A stretch of 64,000 nt of DNA, from IMG/VR virus record IMGVR_UViG_3300025405_000013, positions 6,339 to 70,338 of that record, one strand, 5' to 3'. Positions 48,210-58,169 of this stretch are shown piece by piece. The DNA is from a virus. The notes beneath the pieces were generated by a model. The model saw nothing but the letters and a program-made list of their open reading frames with translations. It was not told where the DNA came from and did no database searches. How positions within the stretch are numbered: position 1 is the stretch's first letter; the number at the start of each line of letters is the position of its first letter. Made by a program: the position numbers and the translations under genes.

Positions 48210-50646
48210 TACTAATGACGTTTTAACTCGACTACTATCTACTCTCTCCCTTTCCGACCCAACCTGGGACACTAGTGTAGGTACTGCTACATATAAGATT
48301 CTAGAGTCAGTCGCTCAAGAAATCGCTAATGCTAGCAATAACTCCACCCTCCAAACTTATAGCTACAACATTAATACCAAGTTTGGCGCTGAACTAGATA
48401 GTTTTGTCAATCTTTTTGGGCTCTATAGACAGTTGGGAACTAGAGCCACTGGCACAGTTACTTTCTCTCTCCCCAACGGGTCTAGTACCAATACACTCTA
48501 CCCCATTCCGCTGGGTACCCAAGTGGCAGTCCCAATCGGCAACGGTTACTCTACAGCAATCTACTTTGCCACTACAGCACCTGCAGTTATTCCTTCAGAC
48601 AGTAACTATGTAGAAATTCCCGTAAGTGCAGTAATCCCTGGCTCACAGGGCAATGTACCTGCAGGAGCAGTTACTAACCTTATTAGTACTCTAGTGGGTA
48701 TTACTACGGTTATTAACAGTAATCCCATCTCTGGGGGAGCAGATCCAGAGACAGATAGTCAGCTTAGAGGGCGTTGGAACAATACTGTCTTTAATAACAA
48801 TCTAGGTACTAACGGCAAGTATATTGTCACTGCTCTACAAAACTCTAATGTCAGTCAAGCTACCTCACTTGGCCCCCAGCAGTACCTAAGTGAGCAACTA
48901 CAGGTTTCTGGTACTCTTTCTAACACTGGTGGTACCCCCACCACACTTACCTTTAACTTCGTAGCCTATAGCGGTATGACCGTAGGAAACACTACTTATA
49001 ATGCAACTACAAATGTCTCCTCCAGTGGTATTACAGTTGCCGGACTAACTCCTGCCTCTCTTCAGTCTTCTCTTAATACTATGATTTCTGGAGCACTCAA
49101 TACTGTTAGTGCTACAACTAGTGGTATTAACTTTACTGTTAGTGGCACTCTAGCAACTCTAAGTGGTGGAACTTTTACCATAACTTCCAACATTGCCTGC
49201 CCTTATGACCTTACTATGAGTGGTACTACTAATGCCACTACCGGTATTACCACGAGTGGTGGTACTACTTACTACCAATCCATTACCTCTAATAATCCAG
49301 ACATTGTCTACAATCTTTATGGAGCCACTTATTCTGGTTACCTTTTTCCACAGGGTGGAGAACTTGTAGGGCAATACCTAGGAACCAATAATCAGATCGT
49401 CTACTCTAATGGTACTGACTACATCTTTCCCAGTAGTCCATCTATCCAGCTAGCTCTTAACATCTATAATGGAAGTCACAACCCAGCAGAGTTTATCGGT
49501 AATACCATACAGTTAAACTCTGAATATACTTCAGCAGCTAGTAGAGCATCAGCCACTATGCCTACAGTTTCCAACTATGCTGACATCTTTATTAACGGCA
49601 CTACTCCCTCTACAGTAACTGAGCAAGTGATCTTTAACCCCTCTGCAACACTTAGTGGGCAAAATACAGCACAGACGGCCAGTAACTACATTTTAGCTAG
49701 TGGAATTAATGCTACAACTACTGCTTCAGGTGACTACTACATTCCGTTAACTCAGCAACCGGTTATTAACTTTCCCTCTCAGCTTACTACTAGTAACTCC
49801 GGTGTAGCCGACTATGTATACATTTGGAACACTACTATTAATAGCGGTATTAATTATCCGATTACCGTCAACTACTACAATGTAGGAACAGGTACTAGTC
49901 CGGTAGTATTCTCTGGTACTCTGGTTAGTGGCACCAACTTTATTCGCTGTACTAGCGGTAGTAGTATCCCTACAGGTCTAACTCTCCCTAGTGGCTCTGG
50001 AATCCCCGCTTGGAGCTATATCACTCAAACTACCAGTTCGGGTGTTACGATTAACAATACCGTTACCAGTAATAGCAGTATCACCACAATTACCGGAAGA
50101 AGTATCCTGTACCCCATTTATGACAATACTAGAACCGCTCTTAGTGTTCAAAGCATGACCGGTATTGCCGTAGAAGCAAATGTCTTTAATCCTGGTTGGA
50201 GTATCCCGGCTTCCACCACTTGGGGTACCTATACACACTCGGTAAATAGTGATGTTACTAGTGTAGAAACTCTTATCCAGCAATCTCGTCCGGTTGGAGT
50301 TAATACTCTAGTACACCAGGCAACTTTTGTTCCATTAGCTCTAAATGTCTCTATTGTATACTCAACTGGAGCCAATCAATCCACTACTAATGCCACTATT
50401 AATAACATAGTGAGTAATTACCTGGCAGGAGTCCCTTATCTAGGCACAATCTCTTTTGGTGCTCTATTGGGTCAAATGATCAATGTCTATGGAGTTAGTA
50501 ATATAAGACTAAATAGCATTAATATTGTCTCACCGGACCTAAGTACCACTATTAAGTCCTACACTAGTGACTTCAATCTTGCTAGTAATCAATTGCCCGT
50601 TCTCAATACCATTAACTTTACTGTAAAGGGAATGAGTAACTTCTAA
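48202..50646 (+). CDS. Baseplate J-like protein
   Basis: GAELDSFVNLFGLYR..GTRATGTVTF, GSQGNVPAGAV, GGADPETDSQLRGR. Confidence 0.85.
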   Translation: MANTNDVLTRLLSTLSLSDPTWDTSVGTATYKILESVAQEIANASNNSTLQTYSYNINTKFGAELDSFVNLFGLYRQLGTRATGTVTFSLPNGSSTNTLYPIPLGTQVAVPIGNGYSTAIYFATTAPAVIPSDSNYVEIPVSAVIPGSQGNVPAGAVTNLISTLVGITTVINSNPISGGADPETDSQLRGRWNNTVFNNNLGTNGKYIVTALQNSNVSQATSLGPQQYLSEQLQVSGTLSNTGGTPTTLTFNFVAYSGMTVGNTTYNATTNVSSSGITVAGLTPASLQSSLNTMISGALNTVSATTSGINFTVSGTLATLSGGTFTITSNIACPYDLTMSGTTNATTGITTSGGTTYYQSITSNNPDIVYNLYGATYSGYLFPQGGELVGQYLGTNNQIVYSNGTDYIFPSSPSIQLALNIYNGSHNPAEFIGNTIQLNSEYTSAASRASATMPTVSNYADIFINGTTPSTVTEQVIFNPSATLSGQNTAQTASNYILASGINATTTASGDYYIPLTQQPVINFPSQLTTSNSGVADYVYIWNTTINSGINYPITVNYYNVGTGTSPVVFSGTLVSGTNFIRCTSGSSIPTGLTLPSGSGIPAWSYITQTTSSGVTINNTVTSNSSITTITGRSILYPIYDNTRTALSVQSMTGIAVEANVFNPGWSIPASTTWGTYTHSVNSDVTSVETLIQQSRPVGVNTLVHQATFVPLALNVSIVYSTGANQSTTNATINNIVSNYLAGVPYLGTISFGALLGQMINVYGVSNIRLNSINIVSPDLSTTIKSYTSDFNLASNQLPVLNTINFTVKGMSNF

Positions 50647-51596
50647 TGCCCGGTAATATTTTTGCCATTACACTTCATCCGACTTTTGAACAAAAGGTTA
50701 GCAACTTCCCGGATGATGTTTATGCCTTTAATAATTTTGACAATCTAACCCTACTTATGAAAACTCTTCTGGGTCATGCTGGAACCGGGCAGTTGTCTAT
50801 GCTACAGACTGCTGCTAGACTCAATCAGCAGACAATAGAGTTCTCAGATCTAGATAATATTCTAGGACTAGTGGTCGGGTTGCAAAGAGCGGCTAGTGAA
50901 GTATATTCATTTGCCACCAACCCGTTTATTGACCAACTAAACTATACTCAATGGCAAGAGGTCAACCGCAAAGACGCATCCTACAGAGAGAGATTGATTG
51001 GAGCTGCTGAAGCACTACAATTAGGAGCAACTGTATGGGGCATCCAAGTACTGGCAGAAGCAGTTACTGGAGTTCCCTTTACAGTTGTAGAAAGTTGGAG
51101 GACTCCTAACTTAGGCCGTTTTAGTAGTCTCTCCACTGAAGTGGTTCTAGTGCCCATCTTGGATACTGGTGCCACTGTTACCCTTACCCAAGATGAGACC
51201 AATCAGTTACTAAGAACAATTGGTTCACTACTTCCTGCAAACTTTGTAGCTTCTGTTGCTAAATCACCCAAAACTCTATTGACAAATGTCACTGCATCCT
51301 GGGTAAGTGCCAAAGAAGGCTATAGTGAAAATTTCTTCATGAATCGAGTAGTGCAGGCCAACGGGGTCAATACTAGTTCAGTACAACAACCGGGTAGTAG
51401 TACTCGTTATTGGGTACAAAACTCTACCCCTACTACTGCTCCAGTATTTGCTCATTTACAGTCACAAGAAAAGATCATCGACAGTACTAGAAATATTTCT
51501 AGTGTAACAGTAAGCGGAAGTGCCGTAGCAAACCCCCAAGATAGTCTGGCAAACCCCCAGCTAACTGTTGGTGCTACAGTATACGGAGGACAATAA
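50646..51596 (+). CDS. Baseplate wedge (gpI-like) protein
   Basis: DASYRERL...GATVWGIQVLAEAVTG; follows J. Confidence 0.65.
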   Translation: MPGNIFAITLHPTFEQKVSNFPDDVYAFNNFDNLTLLMKTLLGHAGTGQLSMLQTAARLNQQTIEFSDLDNILGLVVGLQRAASEVYSFATNPFIDQLNYTQWQEVNRKDASYRERLIGAAEALQLGATVWGIQVLAEAVTGVPFTVVESWRTPNLGRFSSLSTEVVLVPILDTGATVTLTQDETNQLLRTIGSLLPANFVASVAKSPKTLLTNVTASWVSAKEGYSENFFMNRVVQANGVNTSSVQQPGSSTRYWVQNSTPTTAPVFAHLQSQEKIIDSTRNISSVTVSGSAVANPQDSLANPQLTVGATVYGGQ

Positions 51597-54500
51597 TGTC
51601 AGTTACTCCCCAGACAACTAACCCATTGCAGGCTTATGTAATCCCCAATATTAGCCCGTCTATGAGTGTAGATGGTCTAGTAGTAGACGGAGTATACGGT
51701 TATACCGGAGTTATTGACTCAATCCCTTCTAGTACAAACCCGAACTTCTTAGACCCAAACCTTAATCGCACTGATAGTAATAATAGTGTAACTACTCTAA
51801 CTCCACAGCCCAGTACCAGTTGGATTTCAGAGTCCGGTTATGGTGGCTTGTCTTCTACTCCCGTTGTACTAAACTATACCTTTGCTAGTGCCACCTACTT
51901 TAACCTAGTAGAGTTTCAGGTCCTTAACACCCCATGCTCTGTAAATCTATCTCTAGTCCAAACTGTTAGTGGAGTAACTACAACTAGTGGACTATACAGT
52001 GCTAGCTCTACGGGTGGAAACAATATCTACACTACCACCGACTGGGTCAATTACACTTTTGAGTCCAGTAATGGCACTATCCTAGCACCGGCCAATAGCT
52101 ATCTACAGCTCACTCTTACTAGAAATACTCAGGCTCAGCAATACTCTAGTACAGGAGCAACTGTCGATATTGCCTATAGTGTAGGTGTACAAAATCTATC
52201 TGTCAAATTACAGATTCTAGAACTATCAGATGCAACTCTAGCCAGTAAATATAACATTAGTGATGACAACCCCCAGCCGTTTCCTACAATTGTTACACAG
52301 AATGCACTAGGGTTTACCGAGAGTTACTCCCCGGTTATTGACTCAGTAGGCACTCTATTCAGTGGTTCTAACACAGCATTTGGCTCATATTGGAAGTGTA
52401 GTCCACAACCGGTCAAGGATGCTGTAGTGTACTTTTACACTCAGATCGGTTCTAATGCCACTCAAGTGACCACTAGTGGAGTTACCACTATGTCAGTTAC
52501 TCCTCAGACCATCAATCGAATGAGACTGGACCCTCTCTACACGGGCTGTAGAATGAACGTCTACTACACTACTGCCGGTTATGGTGGGCAGACTGGCCCG
52601 GTAGTGACAACCGGAGACACTCAAGATACTCCACTGGACTTTACCAATGTAGTCTGGTATCCGGTCAATAAAGACTTCGTGTTACGTAAGGGTTTTTACG
52701 AGTTGCCTCAAATTAACGCAACTTACCTTAAGTTCGAGTTTACTAGTTTAATACCGGAAGTGTATGATTTAGGATCATTTGATTCTATTACTAGAACTTT
52801 TAATGCATATCCTTATTGGGTAGAAGAATACTATGTTACTCTAGAATCTAATATCCAAGATATAAATAGTAATCAATACTCCGTATATTCTAATAATAAC
52901 ATCATAGTGCCGCCCAATGGTAGTAATCAACTTACTACTTCTACTGCTTTTGGTCTCGGTAATGCTACAGTTGCTCAAACTAATAACTGGCCCAACCTTT
53001 CAGCACTGAATAATTCTCAGATGGACAGTACTACAGTTGCCGCTTTAAATACTCAGTCATACATTACTGACCCTACTGTTAGTTATAATCTAATAAGTTC
53101 TAGTGGGCAATACAACGATACCAGTTATAGCAATTTTCTAACTCGCAGGTTCCCCTACGGCTCCACTCACTCTTATGAACAACTGACTCTAAGTCAAAAC
53201 TGGAACCAAGCGTACTTTACCGGCCTAAAGAGTCTTAGCTTTTTCTACCAGCAAACATATGATCAGCTTAATGCTATTCCTGGAACTCTTATCGCCAAAA
53301 ATGGTACGGTTAGTGGGTTTGTATCACAGGATGTAGAGTATGTTCTAATGAACCCTGATGACTACGCTCTTACTCCATACTTTAATACACTAGATACTTT
53401 TAGTAGTTTTTCAGTTGGAGTTGAAACCGTAGACTGGAAGAGTTTCTTAACCCAGGGACAACCTCTTAGTTCGGATATAAGTCTACTAAATGGACCTGCT
53501 GGCAATATTCTTAATATGGCCATGGGTAATACGACGGTTAGTCAAGTAGGCCCACTAGGCCTTAGTACCATCTATAGTGTTAGTGGCAGTAGTACCGGTT
53601 ACTCCTATGGACTACAGACCAGTAGCTATAATTCTGCTAACAACCTAGTGAGCTACTATGACTCTAACTTCCTCATCCCTAGTGGAAGCCCTGGCTTTAA
53701 CTGGTACTCGATTTCGGGTTCTACTATTACTCCAACTGGAGTAGTTGTCAGTGGAACATCTATTAGTGGACTTACCGTTAGTGGTGGGTCTTGGACTACG
53801 GCCTACAACTTTACTATCCCCAATGTCTATAGTGTTAGTGGTACTACTCCTTGGAGGGTCTCTCTGGGTACAGCAGAACTTGGTGGTATAGGATATGCCA
53901 CTTATGTACCTTCAGGGGGAGTTAACTACTACTTCCTGGTAAATGCTCAAACTCCTAATGCCAATACACTTCAACTCTATACTCGTTTTGTAACTACAGC
54001 AACTGGTATTATTGCAGGAACTACAGTTAGTGGCTCTGTAGTGGCAACATCTGGTGGAGCTATTACCACCCTAACCGGAACTAACTACTCAGCCGGCACC
54101 CCTAGTAACACTATCCAGCTGGTAATTAGTGGTAGTACAGCCACTCCCTACAACCTATACCAAATGGGTGTCTTTAATAGTCCTACTACTAGTTGGGTTA
54201 GTAGTACAGACCGAAGCAATATGAGAGTTAGTGCTGCTGCTAGAATCTTTTTGCCCAAGACCAATAATGGAACCTACCAATTGCAGTTAATTGCCACTAA
54301 TATTAGCACTGGCGGGTTAGTAATCTTGAAGAGTCAGAACTATACTAGTACTTCACTTCCCACACAAACTTGGATAGACCTAGGTATTAGTACCTTTACC
54401 CCAGGCAATAACTACACAAACTTTAAAGCCATTATCCAGCAAATTAATCCTGCTGTAAATGAGCAGTTCTATGTAGCTATGTTGGCTCCATTCTACTATC

Positions 54501-54871
54501 CACTTAGATTTGAGTATAATGTTACTTCTAGTGGGTCTCCTTCTTGGTCTCCCATTACTACTGGAATCAATAACCCGAATGCTATGATTAATGTCGGTAG
54601 TGCAAGTGGTATTCAGTTAAGGATGACCGCTCTCGATCCCAACACTTTCCTTTCGGGAGTGACTATTGTTCCAAACTATAAGCAGAACCCATACTATAGC
54701 AATATTGATATTGACTATATCGGGGACGGTATGACCAATGAACTTAATTCCAGAACTGACATCCATAAGAAGACCTACTTTATGCTTAACCAGGACCCAC
54801 ACCCCCTAGCCTTTAGTCTAGAAAATGTATGTAGTACGGTTAGTGCCTTTACACTAGATCTTTATTCTTGA
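51596..54871 (+). CDS. Large baseplate/tail structural protein
   Basis: 1091 aa, beta-rich, low charge; last gene of the structural block. Confidence 0.7.
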   Translation: MSVTPQTTNPLQAYVIPNISPSMSVDGLVVDGVYGYTGVIDSIPSSTNPNFLDPNLNRTDSNNSVTTLTPQPSTSWISESGYGGLSSTPVVLNYTFASATYFNLVEFQVLNTPCSVNLSLVQTVSGVTTTSGLYSASSTGGNNIYTTTDWVNYTFESSNGTILAPANSYLQLTLTRNTQAQQYSSTGATVDIAYSVGVQNLSVKLQILELSDATLASKYNISDDNPQPFPTIVTQNALGFTESYSPVIDSVGTLFSGSNTAFGSYWKCSPQPVKDAVVYFYTQIGSNATQVTTSGVTTMSVTPQTINRMRLDPLYTGCRMNVYYTTAGYGGQTGPVVTTGDTQDTPLDFTNVVWYPVNKDFVLRKGFYELPQINATYLKFEFTSLIPEVYDLGSFDSITRTFNAYPYWVEEYYVTLESNIQDINSNQYSVYSNNNIIVPPNGSNQLTTSTAFGLGNATVAQTNNWPNLSALNNSQMDSTTVAALNTQSYITDPTVSYNLISSSGQYNDTSYSNFLTRRFPYGSTHSYEQLTLSQNWNQAYFTGLKSLSFFYQQTYDQLNAIPGTLIAKNGTVSGFVSQDVEYVLMNPDDYALTPYFNTLDTFSSFSVGVETVDWKSFLTQGQPLSSDISLLNGPAGNILNMAMGNTTVSQVGPLGLSTIYSVSGSSTGYSYGLQTSSYNSANNLVSYYDSNFLIPSGSPGFNWYSISGSTITPTGVVVSGTSISGLTVSGGSWTTAYNFTIPNVYSVSGTTPWRVSLGTAELGGIGYATYVPSGGVNYYFLVNAQTPNANTLQLYTRFVTTATGIIAGTTVSGSVVATSGGAITTLTGTNYSAGTPSNTIQLVISGSTATPYNLYQMGVFNSPTTSWVSSTDRSNMRVSAAARIFLPKTNNGTYQLQLIATNISTGGLVILKSQNYTSTSLPTQTWIDLGISTFTPGNNYTNFKAIIQQINPAVNEQFYVAMLAPFYYPLRFEYNVTSSGSPSWSPITTGINNPNAMINVGSASGIQLRMTALDPNTFLSGVTIVPNYKQNPYYSNIDIDYIGDGMTNELNSRTDIHKKTYFMLNQDPHPLAFSLENVCSTVSAFTLDLYS

Positions 54872-54896
54872 TATAGAACATAAGTAGTACTATAAT
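54868..54896 (+). promoter_or_regulatory. Sigma70/SigA-type promoter, probably leaderless
   Basis: TTGATA-17 nt-TATAAT; 6 nt between the -10 and ATG 54903. Confidence 0.7.
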
Positions 54897-54902
54897 AGGA
54901 GT

Positions 54903-56765
54903 ATGTCTTCTAAAGAGATAGTCTACGTACAGAAAAGCGAGCTTCTCAATGGAGTATTGCGTTTTTCTAGTTTGAGCAATAACCTCAAAGAGTCACGTAT
55001 GCTGGATAGTTATGGCACTCTTCGCAATCGTGATAAGATATTAGAGTTCGAGCAGTTTCTAGAAAAAGCTGGACTTTCACTAGAGTTCAATGATGTAGAA
55101 GCTGAACTATACTATCAGTCACTAGTAAATGCTGCCGCCAACCCTTTTGAGGTTGAGAGTCCATTCCTAGAAAAGAACAGCCTCTTTCCATTCCAACATA
55201 TTGGACTTAATACTGTTTGGGACAAACTAGAAACTGAAAGTCCTAGAGTATTAGTCCAGTGGGATACTGGTGCCGGTAAAACTCTACTATCCTGCCTAAT
55301 TAGTCAAAAACTATTTGATGAAGAAAAAATCGATAGAGTTCTAGTCTTCTGTAAGAAGATCAAGCAGTATGACTGGGAGCAAGAGTTCAAGAGGATGACC
55401 TACTTGGATGTAGCTCGAGTTAGTGAAAAATTAAGTAGGCAAGGGCGTCATGATTTTTATGAAAAGAGTGAGCATCAAGTCCTAGTTCTCAACTATGAAA
55501 AAGTTAGAGGACCAAGTAAAGTTAAGGTAAGTGGAAAACGAGCGAGAGTAAGTGACTATTCTCGGACCGACCTTCAGCAAGTGCTTGAAATGGTTAAGGG
55601 TCAAAGACTACTGGTCATTATTGATGAGGCCCAAAAGATCAATACTGGGACCAGTCTCTTAAGTGAGGGTTTTGATATCCTTCTTAATACCCCTGGAGAA
55701 AAGGTAAAGAGCTTAGCCTTAACCGCCACTCCCTACACCACCAGTCCTTTGAACATTCGTAATATTATGGCCACTATTGCTCCCGGTATTCCTGGGGTTA
55801 GTGATCTAGCAAGAGATGCTTTTAAGCTAGCTTATGCCAAGGATGTTCAATATTTCGAAAAGGGTTATGTTAGAGAAATCTATGTAAAAGAGTGGGATCG
55901 TACCAAGCTTCCTTTGCTGGGTAAGAAGCATGAAAACTGGACTCATATTGCTATGAAGAGTGATCCTAGTATCGCCAAGCAATTCCCAGAAAGTATGCCT
56001 AAGAGAATTATCTATGAACTCTCTGAGCAAGATCGAGAGATCTACAACTATGCTGAAAAGTGGGCTCAAGAAAAATTTGACCCCGACAATCCGGTTAGTG
56101 CTTGGGGTTATATTGACACCCTTAGAATGATCTGTAATACCACTACAGGTCTACTAACCAGTGAGAGTAAGCTGGCTAAAGAACTAGTAAGCAAGTTTGG
56201 AAAAGACATACTACTAGAAAACTCTAGCAAGTACCAACTAATAGAAGGTAATCTAGAAAACTACATAGAGAATGATGATAAGGTCGTACTCTTTACCTTT
56301 TGGACTAATGGAACCTTATTCCCTTACTTAGAGGCCTTAAAGAGCAAGTTCTCAAGTGTACCAGTTCTTCCCATCTGGGGAGTGGGTATGAGTAGTGATG
56401 AAGTAACCAAAAATATCCAAACATTTAATGGTACTAAGGGTCCGGCAATTCTTATTACTAGTGATGTCGGTCAGGAAGGTCTTAACCTATATGCTCCATA
56501 CCTCTGGAATATCGAAGTGCCAAGAACTTATTCAGAATATAAACAGAGAGCTAACCGAATTAATCGAGCAGACTCAAAGTCAAAAGGTATTACCAATACC
56601 TGGATTTATCGAACAGTTGCAAGTAATACGATCGAGGAACGAGTTGATGCTAAGGTTCTTAGAAGAAGAGCAGAAGCAGAAGCAATCAGAGGAGTAGTTG
56701 ACGAAAGTGTCGATATGGAAGACACAATTGATGTTAGTCCCCGAGGTTTCTTGTTCGGATCATAA
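54903..56765 (+). CDS. SNF2-family helicase/translocase
   Basis: DTGAGKT, IIDEAQ, LTATP, SDVGQEGLNL, QRANRINR. Confidence 0.9.
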   Translation: MSSKEIVYVQKSELLNGVLRFSSLSNNLKESRMLDSYGTLRNRDKILEFEQFLEKAGLSLEFNDVEAELYYQSLVNAAANPFEVESPFLEKNSLFPFQHIGLNTVWDKLETESPRVLVQWDTGAGKTLLSCLISQKLFDEEKIDRVLVFCKKIKQYDWEQEFKRMTYLDVARVSEKLSRQGRHDFYEKSEHQVLVLNYEKVRGPSKVKVSGKRARVSDYSRTDLQQVLEMVKGQRLLVIIDEAQKINTGTSLLSEGFDILLNTPGEKVKSLALTATPYTTSPLNIRNIMATIAPGIPGVSDLARDAFKLAYAKDVQYFEKGYVREIYVKEWDRTKLPLLGKKHENWTHIAMKSDPSIAKQFPESMPKRIIYELSEQDREIYNYAEKWAQEKFDPDNPVSAWGYIDTLRMICNTTTGLLTSESKLAKELVSKFGKDILLENSSKYQLIEGNLENYIENDDKVVLFTFWTNGTLFPYLEALKSKFSSVPVLPIWGVGMSSDEVTKNIQTFNGTKGPAILITSDVGQEGLNLYAPYLWNIEVPRTYSEYKQRANRINRADSKSKGITNTWIYRTVASNTIEERVDAKVLRRRAEAEAIRGVVDESVDMEDTIDVSPRGFLFGS

Positions 56766-56813
56766 ACCCGAACTATACTATTAATAATCAGTAATATAAC
56801 ACAAAGGATAAAT

Positions 56814-57032
56814 ATGCCAGTAAATAAATATGACAAGATTCACCGTGATTTGATGAACTATATTCTTTCGGGAGAAATTCACTCTACACTAGTGGGAAAG
56901 GCCATTACCCTGGACTCTACTACCAAGGCTAATGACATTCGGTCAGTAGAAGAGTTTACCGAATATGTAGTTAGTCTACTTAAGAAGGCAGAAAGTTTCT
57001 CCAAAAAGGGAAAGGATAATGTAAAAGCCTAG
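56814..57032 (+). CDS. Small hypothetical protein
   Basis: AAGGA RBS; 72 aa. Confidence 0.6.
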   Translation: MPVNKYDKIHRDLMNYILSGEIHSTLVGKAITLDSTTKANDIRSVEEFTEYVVSLLKKAESFSKKGKDNVKA

Positions 57033-57083
57033 ATTAATTAGGTAATTACTTGAGGGTGGCCTTTAGAGCGTAAATCTCCCTTT

Positions 57084-57146
57084 GAAGGGGACTCGTCCCT
57101 GGGGTTGAGTTGGTATCTCACACCTTGACTCCCCCAGGGCCCCTTC
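57084..57146 (+). ncRNA. Structured intergenic RNA or long terminator
   Basis: GAAGGGG/CCCCTTC, CCCTGGGG/CCCCAGGG and GAGTT/GACTC nested stems followed by TTTCTT. Confidence 0.45.
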
Positions 57147-57150
57147 TTTC

Positions 57151-57179
57151 TTGTAATCCTCATTGACCTCTTTTATAAT
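57151..57179 (+). promoter_or_regulatory. SigA-type promoter, probably leaderless
   Basis: TTGTAA-17 nt-TATAAT; 6 nt between the -10 and ATG 57186. Confidence 0.65.
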
Positions 57180-57185
57180 TAGAGT

Positions 57186-58169
57186 ATGAAGATTTCTTTT
57201 ACCGGAGTAGCCAATAGAGAAGAGTTTCACTCTCAAAATGCCGGCTATGGACGAGTTGCTAGGCAGATCTATGATTCACTACAGCGTCATGGATATGAAG
57301 TGGCCATTAATGATTTTTCTGCACCAGTTAATATCTGTTGTGAAAATCCCGGATTGCTATATAGAAGCCCAGGCCAATACAATATCGGTATCTCCACTCA
57401 CGAAAGTACAGAACTGGCTTCTGGATGGCCTGAAGGACTTCGTTCCATGGACGAGGTATGGACTACGGCCACTTGGACTAAGAATGAATGTTTTGATCGT
57501 TATGTTGATAATACCTCTCTAGTAGTAAGAGCGTGTATCTCTAATCCTTTTCAGCTAGTAAAACGTTCTGTAGATGATGTTTTCTACTTTATTCATACCG
57601 GAGAACCCACTCCCAGAAAGAATGGCCGACTAGTTCTCGAGGCTTTTGAGCAAGAATTTGCCAACGAAGAGAATGTCCACTTAATTTTTAAGTCCTCTGG
57701 GCCTAACTCTATTCCGAACATTAATTTCTATGATCGTGTTATCAATCTAGAGGGTTCTCTAGATGATGAAGAGTATGCTGCCATACTATCAAATGTACAC
57801 TGTCTAGTGTATCCGAGTATGGGAGAGGGTGGAGGTATGATGCCTCTAGAGTGTATGGCCACCGGTATGCCCTCTATCGTAGTACCCAACTGGGCTGACT
57901 ATAGTGAGTATATCCATCTAAAGCTGGATTCCACCCTAGGTCCAGTACCCGAAGAAATAGAGCGTAGTAGTTTTCTTAGAGGTCAAGTGTACTTGACTAC
58001 AGTACAAGAAGTTCGTAAGCAAATGAGAGAGGTCTACTCTAACTATAGTGACTATCAAAAGCTATATGAAGAGCAAGCCGAGCAATTGGTTCAAGAGTAC
58101 AACTGGGACCGTGAAGTAGAGACAAGAGTTATTCCAAGACTCGAAGTAGTAGAAAAGAAAATTAAATGA
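57186..58169 (+). CDS. Glycosyltransferase, GT4 (GT-B) family
   Basis: N-terminal GYGRVA, RKNG, VYPSMGEGGGMMPLECMATGMP (EX7E motif). Confidence 0.85.
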   Translation: MKISFTGVANREEFHSQNAGYGRVARQIYDSLQRHGYEVAINDFSAPVNICCENPGLLYRSPGQYNIGISTHESTELASGWPEGLRSMDEVWTTATWTKNECFDRYVDNTSLVVRACISNPFQLVKRSVDDVFYFIHTGEPTPRKNGRLVLEAFEQEFANEENVHLIFKSSGPNSIPNINFYDRVINLEGSLDDEEYAAILSNVHCLVYPSMGEGGGMMPLECMATGMPSIVVPNWADYSEYIHLKLDSTLGPVPEEIERSSFLRGQVYLTTVQEVRKQMREVYSNYSDYQKLYEEQAEQLVQEYNWDREVETRVIPRLEVVEKKIK

